Assembly: GCA_965224465.1 (NCBI GenBank)
Contig: OZ245049.1
Coordinates: forward strand, 4,710,001 to 4,742,000
DNA from: Flavobacteriaceae bacterium
GTDB lineage: Bacteria; Bacteroidota; Bacteroidia; Flavobacteriales; Flavobacteriaceae
DNA length: 32,000 nt
Direction: 5' to 3'
Shown here in pieces: positions 1-9,070 of this stretch. The position numbers and the translations under genes are program-made. Under the pieces are notes generated by a model. It saw only the letters and a list, made by a program, of their open reading frames with translations. It was not told the DNA's origin and did not search any database. Numbering within the stretch: the stretch's first letter is position 1; every line of letters begins with the position of its first letter.

Positions 1-936
1 CCGTTTGCGGATGCGAGATTGGTGAATTTTTCTGAAAAATTATTGACAGGTACCATCGGAAGTGCCTCTTCGAGAATTTTGATTTCTACGGTGGTTAAAG
101 AAGAGGAAATAAGTTTGTCTGAGGTGCTAAATATTTTAGATGAAACACAAAAAACAAAGGCGTCCAATAAGGAGTTGCGAGAGAAGTCTAAAGAGTTAAA
201 ACAAATGGCAGATACCATTAAAAACTCCAATATAGAACTCAAGCAAAAAGACAAGCAGAAAGACGATTTTTTGGATACTGTGGCGCACGAGTTAAAAACG
301 CCAATCACCTCTATCAGAGCTTTTTCAGAAATTTTACTCGACAATGAAGATATAGATCCAGTGATGCGTAAGAAGTTTTTGAGTTCTGTATTGAGTGAAA
401 GTGAGCGCGTAAGCAGATTGATTAATAATTTGTTAGATATAGAAAAATTGGCAAAAGGAAATCAAGAATTAGAGGTGCGTTCTCATCAAATTGATAGAAC
501 TGTAAAAATATCTATCGATAAAGTAAAACAATTTGCTCAGAAAAATAAGGTGAACATTGAGAATAAAAACACACTTGATCGGGTTTTAAATTACGATGAA
601 GATCGCATTATTCAAGTGTTGATTAATTTATTGACCAATGCTATTAAGTTTGCTGAAAAGGAGCATGGAAAAGTAATCGTAAGTTTGGAAGTAGTCGCTA
701 ATTTTATTCATATTTCTATTCGAGATAATGGAAAAGGAATTCCAACAGACGAATTGGAACTTATTTTTGATAAGTTTTATCAATCCAAGAATCAAAATAT
801 ATTGAAACCTATTGGAAGCGGTCTTGGATTGGCAATAAGTAAGCAGATTATTGAAAGTCATAAGGGAAAAATTTGGGCAGAAAATAACATAGAAAAAGGA
901 GCGAAAGTTTCGTTTTCACTAATATTAAATGAATAA
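1..936 (+). CDS. Sensor histidine kinase, C-terminal part (5' end lies upstream of window)
   Basis: Reading frame is open from nt 1; the track ORF 19..936 starts at an internal GTG. Lys/Glu-rich coiled coil, then H-box VAHELKTPITSI, N-box LINLLTNAIKF, G1 IRDNGKGIP, F-box IFDKFYQ, G2 GSGLGLAISKQI. Confidence 0.9.
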   Translation, partial: PFADARLVNFSEKLLTGTIGSASSRILISTVVKEEEISLSEVLNILDETQKTKASNKELREKSKELKQMADTIKNSNIELKQKDKQKDDFLDTVAHELKTPITSIRAFSEILLDNEDIDPVMRKKFLSSVLSESERVSRLINNLLDIEKLAKGNQELEVRSHQIDRTVKISIDKVKQFAQKNKVNIENKNTLDRVLNYDEDRIIQVLINLLTNAIKFAEKEHGKVIVSLEVVANFIHISIRDNGKGIPTDELELIFDKFYQSKNQNILKPIGSGLGLAISKQIIESHKGKIWAENNIEKGAKVSFSLILNE

Positions 937-1305
937 ATGAAAAAGATATTAATTGTAGATGATGAACCTAATATTGTGATGTCACTCGAATACTTATTTA
1001 AAAAGGAAGGGTTCGAAGTGTTTATAGCAAGAGATGGAGAGGAAGCATTAGCAATCCTAGCTCAAGACATACCAGATCTTGTGCTGTTGGATGTGATGAT
1101 GCCTAAAGTAGATGGCTATCAGGTGATAAAATACCTAAAGGCATCTGAAAAATTAAAGAATATAAAAGTGATTTTTTTATCCGCTAAAAGCAAAGCAACG
1201 GACATAGAAAAAGGACTGAGCCTAGGGGCAGATAAATATATAGCCAAACCATTTTCTACAAAGAAACTGGTAAGTGAAGTCAAAAAATTAGTACTTACAA
1301 AGTAA
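937..1305 (+). CDS. Single-domain (receiver-only, CheY-like) response regulator
   Basis: 122 aa. Acidic pocket IVDDEP, phospho-acceptor Asp in LVLLDVMMP, conserved FLSAK and AKPF. No output domain. The ATG directly abuts the kinase stop (TAAATG). Confidence 0.9.
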   Translation: MKKILIVDDEPNIVMSLEYLFKKEGFEVFIARDGEEALAILAQDIPDLVLLDVMMPKVDGYQVIKYLKASEKLKNIKVIFLSAKSKATDIEKGLSLGADKYIAKPFSTKKLVSEVKKLVLTK

Positions 1306-1341
1306 TTCCATTTCTAAACCATCACTTGGAAATGTATTTGG
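1306..1341 (-). repeat. 36-bp intergenic repeat, copy A (inverted relative to copies B and C)
   Basis: The reverse complement ccaaatacatttccaagtgatggtttagaaatggaa matches 5353-5388 at 32/36 positions (hand alignment). It begins at the first base after the response-regulator stop codon. Confidence 0.7.
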
Positions 1342-1525
1342 TATAAAACACGCGTATAAACATAAAAATAATAATAAGTACACAATTTGATATTGGTAAA
1401 TATCAATTGTAATACCAACTAAACTTTTAAACGACTTGATTTATATCGGTTATTTGGAACTGGATTTGGTGTAAATCATACAAGCTTCTTATATGGGGCA
1501 GAAAATACTAACTAAAATATAGAAT

Positions 1526-4500
1526 ATGAAGTATCTAGAGCATTACAAAGAAAGTGTTAGCAATCCAGAAAAATTTTGGAAGGAACAATCCGAAAATATA
1601 GCATGGTATAAAAAACCAACCAAGATTTTGTCTAAAAACGACCAAGGTTTTTACCGATGGTTTGAAGATGGAACGCTAAACATTTGTTATTTGGCTCTTG
1701 ATAAACATATCGAAGATGGTTTTGGAGATCAAATTGCATTTATTTATGATTCGCCAGTTACGCAAAAAGTTGTCAAATACACTTATACTGATGTGAAGCT
1801 TGAAGTAGCGCGTTTGGCAGGTGGATTGAGAGATTTAGGAGTGAGCAAAGGAGATACCGTAATTATTTATATGCCCATGATTCCTCAAGCCGCTTTTAGT
1901 ATGCTTGCTTGTGCTAGAATTGGCGCAATACATTCCGTAGTTTTTGGGGGATTTGCTCCTCATGAATTGGCAATCAGAATCGATGATTGTAAACCTAAAG
2001 TGTTGATTACGGCAACTTCTGGTATAGAAATAGACCGCTTAATTCCGTACAAACCAATGGTAGATGAGGCTATTGAGTTGGCAGCACACAAACCAACTAA
2101 AGTGATTGTGTATCAACGCAGTTTGGGGGCAATAGTGACCAAAACAGCGCGCTTTGTGGACTATAAGGAATTGATAGAGAAATCGGCGCCAGCAGACTGT
2201 GTAGTAATGCATGCTACAGATCCATTGTATATATTGTACACTTCGGGAACTACGGGGAAACCTAAAGGGATTTTAAGAGATACTGGAGGCTATGCGACGG
2301 CTTTAAAATATTCTATGAAAAACGTATATGGAGCTGACGAAGGAACTGTTTTTTGGGGAGCTTCTGATGTAGGTTGGGTTGTAGGGCATAGTTATATTGT
2401 GTACGGACCTTTATTAAATAGGAATACAAGCATCATTTTTGAAGGAAAACCTGTTCGTACTCCTGATGCAGGTACATTTTGGAGGGTAATTAGTGAGCAT
2501 AAAGTAGCTGTTATGTTTACAGCTCCTACCGCTATTCGTGCAATAAAAAAGGAGGATCCTGAGGGAGATTTAATTAAGAAATTTGACCTGTCTAGTTTAA
2601 AGTATCAGTTTTTAGCAGGAGAGCGTTGTGATTCTGCAACCTTAGCATGGACAGAAAAACATTTGGGGGTACCTGTGATTGATCACTGGTGGCAAACAGA
2701 ATCTGGATGGCCTATGCTATCTAACATGGTAGGGGTAGAGCTTTTACCTGTAAAACCAGGGTCTGCAGCCAAAGCAGTTGCGGGGTATGATGTTCGAATC
2801 TTGAATGATGAAGGACAGGAAGTTGGTCCAAATCAAGAAGGATTAGTAGTGGTTAAATTACCATTGCCTCCAGGGAATATGTTAGATATTTGGGGAGATA
2901 CAGATCGATTTGTAAATGGATATTTAAAAAGATTTGAAGGCTATTACCTTTCAGGTGATGGAGGATACAAGGACGATGATGGATACGTGTTTATAACAGG
3001 ACGTGTAGATGATGTGATTAATGTTGCTGGGCATCGATTGTCTACGGCAGAAATGGAAGAAATAGTTGCTTCTCATACATCTGTAGCAGAATGTGCTGTT
3101 TTTGGGATTCATGATGAATTAAAAGGGCAGGTTCCATTGGCATTGACCGTATTAAAATCGGGGGATTATATTTCTTCCTTCGAATTGGAATACAATGTTG
3201 TGCAGATGATACGGAAAGAAATTGGCCCTGTGGCATCGTTAAAACAAGTGTTAATGGTAAAACGCTTGCCTAAAACAAGGTCTGGTAAAATTTTAAGGAA
3301 ATTATTGAGAAATATTGCCGATGGTGTTGATTATACTATCCCTTCAACTATTGACGATCCCGCAGTTGTTGATGAAATAGTACATGTATTTAAATTACAT
3401 AAAATAGGGGTATTTGCAGATGCTACGATCGAAGAACAAGAAACTCTGGACGATCATCAGATAGATTCGTATATCAAATATTATAAGAAATACCAACATA
3501 GTATAAACGATCCAGAAGGGTTTTGGGGAGAAATTGCTGAAACGTTTACATGGCATAAGAAATGGGATAAAGTATTGGAGTTTAATTGGGATGAGCCAAA
3601 GTTTGAATGGTTTAAAGGGGCTAAATTAAATATTACCGAAAACTGTTTAGACCGTCATTTACTAACAAGACCAAACAAACGTGCCATTATTTGGGAACCA
3701 AATAATCCAGAGGAAGCGGTGCGTGAATTTACATATAAGCAGTTACATGCAGAAGTGTGTAAATTTGCCAATGTGTTAAAAAATAGAGGTGTTAAAAAAG
3801 GAGATAGGGTATGTATTTATATGCCTATGATTCCAGAACTAGCCATTGCCACCCTAGCATGTGCGCGTATTGGAGCTGTTCACTCGGTGGTTTTTGCTGG
3901 GTTTTCTGCAATGGCATTATCTACTAGAATTAATGATGCTGAATGTAAAGTGCTATTAACCACAGATGGGGTGAATAGAGGTGCAAAAGCCATTGATTTA
4001 AAAGGAATTGCGGATGAAGCACTTGAAACATGTCCTACAATAGAAACTTCTATTGTGTACAACCGAATCAATTCAAAGGTGATTATGAAGCCTGGACGTG
4101 ATGTTTGGTGGCACAACGAATTAGAGGGGGTTTCTGATGTATGTCCTGCAGAAATTATGGATGCCGAAGATATGCTGTTTATCCTGTATACGTCTGGATC
4201 TACAGGGAAACCTAAAGGGATGGTGCATACCTGTGCTGGATACATGGTGTACACCGCTTATAGTTTTAAAAACGTATTCCAATACGAAGAAAATGACGTG
4301 TACTTCTGTACGGCGGATATTGGTTGGATTACAGGACATTCTTATATCGTATATGGCCCATTAGGTGCTGGTGCAACTACATTGATGTTTGAAGGCGTAC
4401 CGAGTTACCCTGATTATGGTCGTTTTTGGGCGATTGTAGAAAAACACAAGGTCACTCAGTTTTATACTGCACCTACGGCTATTAGAGCTTTAGCAGCGCA

Positions 4501-5350
4501 TCCAACTGCATTAATAGACAAGCATGATATTAGTTCGATTAAAGTACTAGGAACCGTTGGAGAGCCAATTAATGAGGAGGCTTGGCACTGGTATGATGAA
4601 AAAATAGGAAAACAAAAATCACCAATTGTAGATACTTGGTGGCAGACAGAAACGGGTGGAATTATGATTTCTCCTTTGGCAAATGTGACCCCTACAAAAC
4701 CAACATTTGCAACACGTCCTTTGCCTGGGATTCAACCTGTTTTGGTAGATACTGTTGGCACTGAATTGATGCCAAATCCATCTGATGGACGCCTGTGTAT
4801 AAAATATCCTTGGCCTTCCATAGCACGAACCATTTATAACAATCATGAGCGTTATAAAGAAACGTATTTTACCGCTTTTCCAGGGATGTATTTTACCGGT
4901 GATGGTGCTTTTAGAGACTTAGAAGGGAATTACCGAATTACAGGGCGTGTAGATGATGTGATTATTGTATCTGGACATAATCTTGGAACAGCTCCGATCG
5001 AAAATGTAATTAATGAACACAGTAATATAGTAGAGTCTGCCATTGTTGGGTATCCACATGATATCAAAGGAAATGCCTTGTATGCTTATGTAATTGTATA
5101 TGACATTCCAGAAAATGAAGAATTTTTACGAAAGGAAATTAACGATTTGATTGGACGTACCGTTGGACCTATTGCAAAATTAGATAAAATTCAGTTTGTA
5201 CCAGGGTTGCCGAAAACAAGATCTGGAAAAATAATGCGACGTATTTTACGAAAAATAGCAAGCAATGATATGAGTAATTTAGGTGATATCTCTACCCTTT
5301 TAAATCCAGAAGTAGTCGAAGAGATTATCGAAGGATCATTAGTGAAATAA
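1526..5350 (+). CDS. In-frame fusion of two complete AMP-forming acyl-CoA synthetases: N-terminal PrpE-like (propionate-CoA ligase-like) plus C-terminal Acs-like (acetyl-CoA synthetase-like)
   Basis: 1274 aa. First half (about nt 1526-3410): GAIHSVVFGGFA, YTSGTTGKPKG, VIDHWWQTESGWP, GRVDDVINVAGHRLST, LPKTRSGKILRKLL, and a PSTIDDPAVVDEI tail like the PrpE C-terminus. A short acidic linker lies at about 3410-3470. Second half: SINDPEGFWGE (Acs N-terminal signature), YTSGSTGKPKG, VDTWWQTETGG, GRVDDVIIVSGHNLGT, LPKTRSGKIMRRILRKIA. Confidence 0.9.
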   Translation: MKYLEHYKESVSNPEKFWKEQSENIAWYKKPTKILSKNDQGFYRWFEDGTLNICYLALDKHIEDGFGDQIAFIYDSPVTQKVVKYTYTDVKLEVARLAGGLRDLGVSKGDTVIIYMPMIPQAAFSMLACARIGAIHSVVFGGFAPHELAIRIDDCKPKVLITATSGIEIDRLIPYKPMVDEAIELAAHKPTKVIVYQRSLGAIVTKTARFVDYKELIEKSAPADCVVMHATDPLYILYTSGTTGKPKGILRDTGGYATALKYSMKNVYGADEGTVFWGASDVGWVVGHSYIVYGPLLNRNTSIIFEGKPVRTPDAGTFWRVISEHKVAVMFTAPTAIRAIKKEDPEGDLIKKFDLSSLKYQFLAGERCDSATLAWTEKHLGVPVIDHWWQTESGWPMLSNMVGVELLPVKPGSAAKAVAGYDVRILNDEGQEVGPNQEGLVVVKLPLPPGNMLDIWGDTDRFVNGYLKRFEGYYLSGDGGYKDDDGYVFITGRVDDVINVAGHRLSTAEMEEIVASHTSVAECAVFGIHDELKGQVPLALTVLKSGDYISSFELEYNVVQMIRKEIGPVASLKQVLMVKRLPKTRSGKILRKLLRNIADGVDYTIPSTIDDPAVVDEIVHVFKLHKIGVFADATIEEQETLDDHQIDSYIKYYKKYQHSINDPEGFWGEIAETFTWHKKWDKVLEFNWDEPKFEWFKGAKLNITENCLDRHLLTRPNKRAIIWEPNNPEEAVREFTYKQLHAEVCKFANVLKNRGVKKGDRVCIYMPMIPELAIATLACARIGAVHSVVFAGFSAMALSTRINDAECKVLLTTDGVNRGAKAIDLKGIADEALETCPTIETSIVYNRINSKVIMKPGRDVWWHNELEGVSDVCPAEIMDAEDMLFILYTSGSTGKPKGMVHTCAGYMVYTAYSFKNVFQYEENDVYFCTADIGWITGHSYIVYGPLGAGATTLMFEGVPSYPDYGRFWAIVEKHKVTQFYTAPTAIRALAAHPTALIDKHDISSIKVLGTVGEPINEEAWHWYDEKIGKQKSPIVDTWWQTETGGIMISPLANVTPTKPTFATRPLPGIQPVLVDTVGTELMPNPSDGRLCIKYPWPSIARTIYNNHERYKETYFTAFPGMYFTGDGAFRDLEGNYRITGRVDDVIIVSGHNLGTAPIENVINEHSNIVESAIVGYPHDIKGNALYAYVIVYDIPENEEFLRKEINDLIGRTVGPIAKLDKIQFVPGLPKTRSGKIMRRILRKIASNDMSNLGDISTLLNPEVVEEIIEGSLVK

Positions 5351-5352
5351 GA

Positions 5353-5388
5353 CCAATTACATTTCCAAGTGACAGTTTAGAAATAGAA
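5353..5388 (+). repeat. 36-bp intergenic repeat, copy B
   Basis: ccaattacatttccaagtgacagtttagaaatagaa, starting 3 nt after the stop of the fusion gene. Matches copy A (reverse complement) 32/36 and copy C 30/36. Confidence 0.7.
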
Positions 5389-5513
5389 TAAACTATTTGT
5401 ATCGGTTGTTTGGGCTTGTAAATTGGATAAGCTCTTAGCTCCAGTGGATTGCTTCTAAATACGCTGTGTAGTTTTGGAAGCACTTCTCTTGGACTTGGAA
5501 TGAGTTTTAGGTT

Positions 5514-5549
5514 AAAAAAAAGGATAGCTGTGGCTATCCTTTTTTTTTA
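5514..5549. terminator. Bidirectional rho-independent terminator between convergent genes
   Basis: A-run (5514-5520), perfect 8-bp stem aggatagc / gctatcct with loop tgtg (5521-5540), T-run (5541-5549). Confidence 0.8.
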
Positions 5550-5594
5550 ATTCTTATCCTTTATTTGTACGGGATATCTGTAATGATAAATAAT

Positions 5595-5630
5595 ACAATT
5601 ACATTTTTAAGTGACGGTTAAGAAGTAGAA
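5595..5630 (+). repeat. 36-bp intergenic repeat, copy C
   Basis: acaattacatttttaagtgacggttaagaagtagaa. It directly abuts the stop codon (5631-5633, minus strand) of the 245-aa ORF. Confidence 0.65.
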
Positions 5631-6368
5631 TTATTTTTTACGAAGGCTAATAATATTATAAACTGTTATCGTATGCATGCCTACTCTTTTATTGTTTTTT
5701 ATTTTTTTTTCGAAGGAAAGGTTGTACGCTTTATTTTCATAGAGTTCTAGTCCTGTCGAATCTTTCATAATCTTGATGTACCCTAAGTCTGCTAGTTTTT
5801 TATTGAAACCAATACGAAATTTATAACTAGAGGAAATATAGGTGAGTGTTCCTAATTCGTTTTTCGTAAGGTATTCATCTCCGTTAGTATTGTTAAAAAT
5901 TAGCCTTTTCTTTTCGGACACATTTTTATTCCACTTATAGCTGATAGTGTTTAAGTAATTTAAAACACTGTCTTGTTCTTGCTCCTCTACTATTTTTTGT
6001 AAATCTACGATGTTTAGCGCCCTGTTTTTTATTCCTAAGTGTTTTTGGATTGATGCATCCGAAAGAATTAAGTCTAATGTAAGCGGATGTCTTGAGGAAT
6101 ATATAATTGGTATTTCCGCTCCTTTATGTACCTTAGAATACTCACTGTTATTTACTACGATGGAGGTTTTAATTGTTGTTCCTATTTTTGTAGTAAATTG
6201 GATGTCTAATGTATAAGTGCTATGATTTCTTTTTGTTTTTTCTGTCCCGTTTTTAACAATAGCTATGGTTTGAACTCCGAATTCTTTTAATTCTGCCGTG
6301 TTGTCATTACAGCTATAGAAGACGCCACTAATAAAGGCGAGTAAAAATATGTTTTTTAGTTGAATCAT
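5631..6368 (-). CDS. Hypothetical lipoprotein
   Basis: 245-aa ORF. N-terminal signal MIQLKNIFLLAFISGVFYSC with Cys20 as a possible lipidation site. No recognisable catalytic motif. Confidence 0.6.
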   Translation of the reverse strand: MIQLKNIFLLAFISGVFYSCNDNTAELKEFGVQTIAIVKNGTEKTKRNHSTYTLDIQFTTKIGTTIKTSIVVNNSEYSKVHKGAEIPIIYSSRHPLTLDLILSDASIQKHLGIKNRALNIVDLQKIVEEQEQDSVLNYLNTISYKWNKNVSEKKRLIFNNTNGDEYLTKNELGTLTYISSSYKFRIGFNKKLADLGYIKIMKDSTGLELYENKAYNLSFEKKIKNNKRVGMHTITVYNIISLRKK

Positions 6369-6388
6369 TTTTGTTGTTTTATGTTGAA

Positions 6389-7405
6389 TTATTGAACGGT
6401 TATTCTTTTTATTCTCCTGTCAATTCCTTTTCCAGTGATAAGGTATTTGTATTCACTTTTGTCCTGGCTTGTACAGGTAATTTCTAGGGTGTAGATAGGT
6501 AAATCAGAATAGCTTCCTCTGAGTTCGAATTTTTTGTTAGGTGATAATTTTAAAGGGAGAGACAGGTTCCATTGTACGTCTCCTGCAATATTTTTTATAC
6601 TGGTTATGTTTGTTTCAAGTCCTTTGTTTTTTAAGATGATAGAAATTCTGTTTTGATAAGATTTGCCTTCTCCAGTGTCTTTTATATCGGGACCTTGAAA
6701 GTGGTGAATTTTTTTTAAAACGTATGTGTCGTCAAAACTTAAAAAGGGAATTTCTGCTCCTTTATTTTTCTGGTATCCATATTCCTTTTTGATAAGACTG
6801 TCTATTGTTTTTTTCGAGAGCCAAAAACATTCATATTCATCTGCAGGAGAAGAAAAACATGATGCTATATATCCAGCGTTTTTATTGTAGCCTTCTATTT
6901 TTTTATTAGGGACTTGAAACTGTATGGCAGAATCGTTGTACGAAACCACTTTTAAAAAGGTGTCTCCAGAATAACTGGATGTGGGTCTTATTTCATAAAA
7001 ATCATTTAAACTAGGAGTTTTTAAATGAGTGCTGCTTTGTTCTGTTTGAACTTTAAAATTTGACTGCGCTCTTTTACTAGAAGTATATTGCTGTATTTCT
7101 GTTGCTGAAAAATAGAGGATAGCTCCAAATAGAAGGATTAAAGGCAAGGAATATGCGTAAAAAGGTGTTTTGTGTACCAGCTTTTTTTTGTTGAGAATAT
7201 AGATGTATTCTTGAGGTACTTCGTAGAGTTTTCCTTCTCTTCGGATGGCCCATTCTTTTCCGATAGGAAAAAATGGAATCCAGTATAGGTGAAAATACCG
7301 TTGTATTTTTACAATTCTAATAGGAGAAATCTCTTTAGAAATTTCTAATTCTTCTAGGGTATAACTTTTTAATATAAAATGATTTTTTCCAAATACGATT
7401 GACAT
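6389..7405 (-). CDS. Hypothetical membrane-anchored protein
   Basis: 338-aa ORF, 20 nt upstream of the 245-aa ORF on the same strand (likely an operon). One hydrophobic helix, FYAYSLPLILLFGAILYF. No family recognised. Confidence 0.55.
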   Translation of the reverse strand: MSIVFGKNHFILKSYTLEELEISKEISPIRIVKIQRYFHLYWIPFFPIGKEWAIRREGKLYEVPQEYIYILNKKKLVHKTPFYAYSLPLILLFGAILYFSATEIQQYTSSKRAQSNFKVQTEQSSTHLKTPSLNDFYEIRPTSSYSGDTFLKVVSYNDSAIQFQVPNKKIEGYNKNAGYIASCFSSPADEYECFWLSKKTIDSLIKKEYGYQKNKGAEIPFLSFDDTYVLKKIHHFQGPDIKDTGEGKSYQNRISIILKNKGLETNITSIKNIAGDVQWNLSLPLKLSPNKKFELRGSYSDLPIYTLEITCTSQDKSEYKYLITGKGIDRRIKRITVQ

Positions 7406-8021
7406 TTGATTGTTTTAAGGGAAGGTTAGGGACTGGGGATTTTTATACGTTATTGTTGTTTGTTCAGGGGTTTAAGGATACGAATATAGGGAAAATAAAT
7501 GACTAATAACTTTTTGTTTTTTTTATTATTTATATTGATTCTTGATACTGTAGAGCATTTCTTTTGTAGTGAAAAGGTAAAATATAGATCCATTTATTGT
7601 AACTACAATAAACCTCCAATTCCTTCCCTGTACACCTCTAAAAACGAAATAAAACAATCTAGTAAACTACTAAATACACATAAATGCCTCCCGTAAAACA
7701 ACGATTCTATCTAATATTAAAACACCTCGTTTAGCATAAGAACAAGCACTCTTGTTGAGGTTCTGAAAAACAGAGGTTAATGGTTGAAAATTTTTCTGAA
7801 AGATAATTAAAAAGTTAGTATGCGAAAAGGATGTCTTTCGTATACTTGAAGAACGTTGTATACTGTATATATCGGATTTAAAAATAAACAGACAGCTATT
7901 GTAACTATTACGGAAATAACGTCAAGTTTTGGCTTGTTATTGTGGATGTAGAGGTGTTGGCAACAAGACGATCACTCAAACGGCATAACATAACAAAACG
8001 GAAAGAAAAGACTAAAAAACT

Positions 8022-8693
8022 AAGAGTTTTAAAGTAACAGTAATTATTGACGAAGAAGAACTTAATGTTCTAAGGTACAGTGTTAATTTAAGTAAAGGTG
8101 CAGGCATTAATGGAAAACCTACAACCAAAACCGTATTACACAAACTTTTATTACGATTAGAATCTAACAATAAAACAGATTTAATGAGTTGGATGATTTC
8201 TCCTAATCAAACCAAACAATTAGAACTCCATATTCAAGAACGACAAGAAGAAAAAACTAGAATCCTTTACTTTTCAGATGCTAATTTAGTAGGTTTGGAT
8301 ACTACTTTTTCTGCAACAGGAAATATGTCTATGACATATAATTTACAGATTACTGCTGCTGGACTAAAAACAAACGATTCTACTGTTGAATATTCTGCAT
8401 CTTGGAGAACTACTTTTCCTGAACAAGAAGTTGAACCAACATCAAGAAAAAATAGTGAAGAAGAAGATTTAATACCAAAAGTTTTAGACGACTACCTAAC
8501 GGACCTTAATCGAAACAGAATAGATAAAACAAAAATAGGCGAGAACGTTTTTTTGAATATTGAAACCAAAAAATTAATTGGCGAATTGCTAACTATTTCT
8601 TTGAATGATAAAAAGGCTGATTTTAAATATAAAAATAAAAGACTACCAAATGATACGATTAACCTGTCTCGAATTTTTTGGAAATATTATTAA
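8022..8693 (+). pseudogene. Decayed TssD/Hcp-like gene with C-terminal extension (start codon lost)
   Basis: The frame is open from 8016. KSFKVTVIIDEEELNVLRYSVNLSKGAGINGKPTTKTVLHKLLLRLESNNKTDLMSWMISPNQTK aligns with the N-termini of the two intact Hcp genes (MSFKAKLKVGGHEYNVLSCSYEL.., MSFLSQLTIADDTMNVLRCSFNF..). The codon at the Met position is AAG (8022-8024). The first ATG (8184) lies mid-domain. A possible +1 frameshift at a T6 run (8674-8679) extends an alternative frame to 8742. Confidence 0.7.
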
Positions 8694-9002
8694 AGATGTA
8701 GAAATTAAAAATGGATATACAGTAGATAACTCTTTTGAATAAGGGTTTGATTAATTGCATTGAAATAGTCCTAACGGTTACGAACGCGAAGAATATCGAT
8801 AATTTCGAGAGATGTTTTATCTAATACACCTTCTTTTTCACCTAAAAAAGAGTAAAATATCAGTTTTTTTCTTTGTTATTAAAAAACGATAGAGCCCTTT
8901 GTTTTATTGGCGAAATGAGCGCTATTACCAGTGGTGTACTGGGCTTAATATAGATCGAATTAATATTTTTTAATTATTAAAAGGATATATGCTTTTTTTT
9001 AT

Positions 9003-9010
9003 TACTTTTG
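9003..9010 (+). promoter_or_regulatory. Candidate Bacteroidetes-type -7 promoter box (TAnnTTTG) upstream of hcp
   Basis: tacttttg matches TAnnTTTG about 60 nt upstream of the ATG at 9071. No convincing -33 TTG was seen. Confidence 0.3.
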
Positions 9011-9070
9011 ACATGTAAATATTTTTATATATATAAATATCTTATTATTAATTACTAATATTTTTTTATT

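Noticed and set aside
628-861. 77-aa minus-strand ORF inside the histidine kinase
   Set aside because: It is an antisense shadow of the HATPase_c region, with no independent support.
3042-4846. Five short ORFs (3042..3236-, 3880..4254-, 4121..4339-, 4137..4364+, 4619..4846-) inside the acyl-CoA synthetase fusion
   Set aside because: They are antisense or out of frame within a strongly motif-supported CDS. Their products are low-complexity and Cys/His/Arg-rich, typical of shadow ORFs.
6010-6216. 68-aa plus-strand ORF inside the 245-aa lipoprotein gene
   Set aside because: It is antisense to a longer ORF that has a signal peptide. The hydrophobic composition is explained by the AT-rich antisense strand.
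7499-7696. 65-aa ORF in the 7406-8015 intergenic region
   Set aside because: It is a very AT-rich, Phe/Leu/Ile-dominated peptide with no neighbours in an operon. It most likely lies in a divergent promoter or spacer region.
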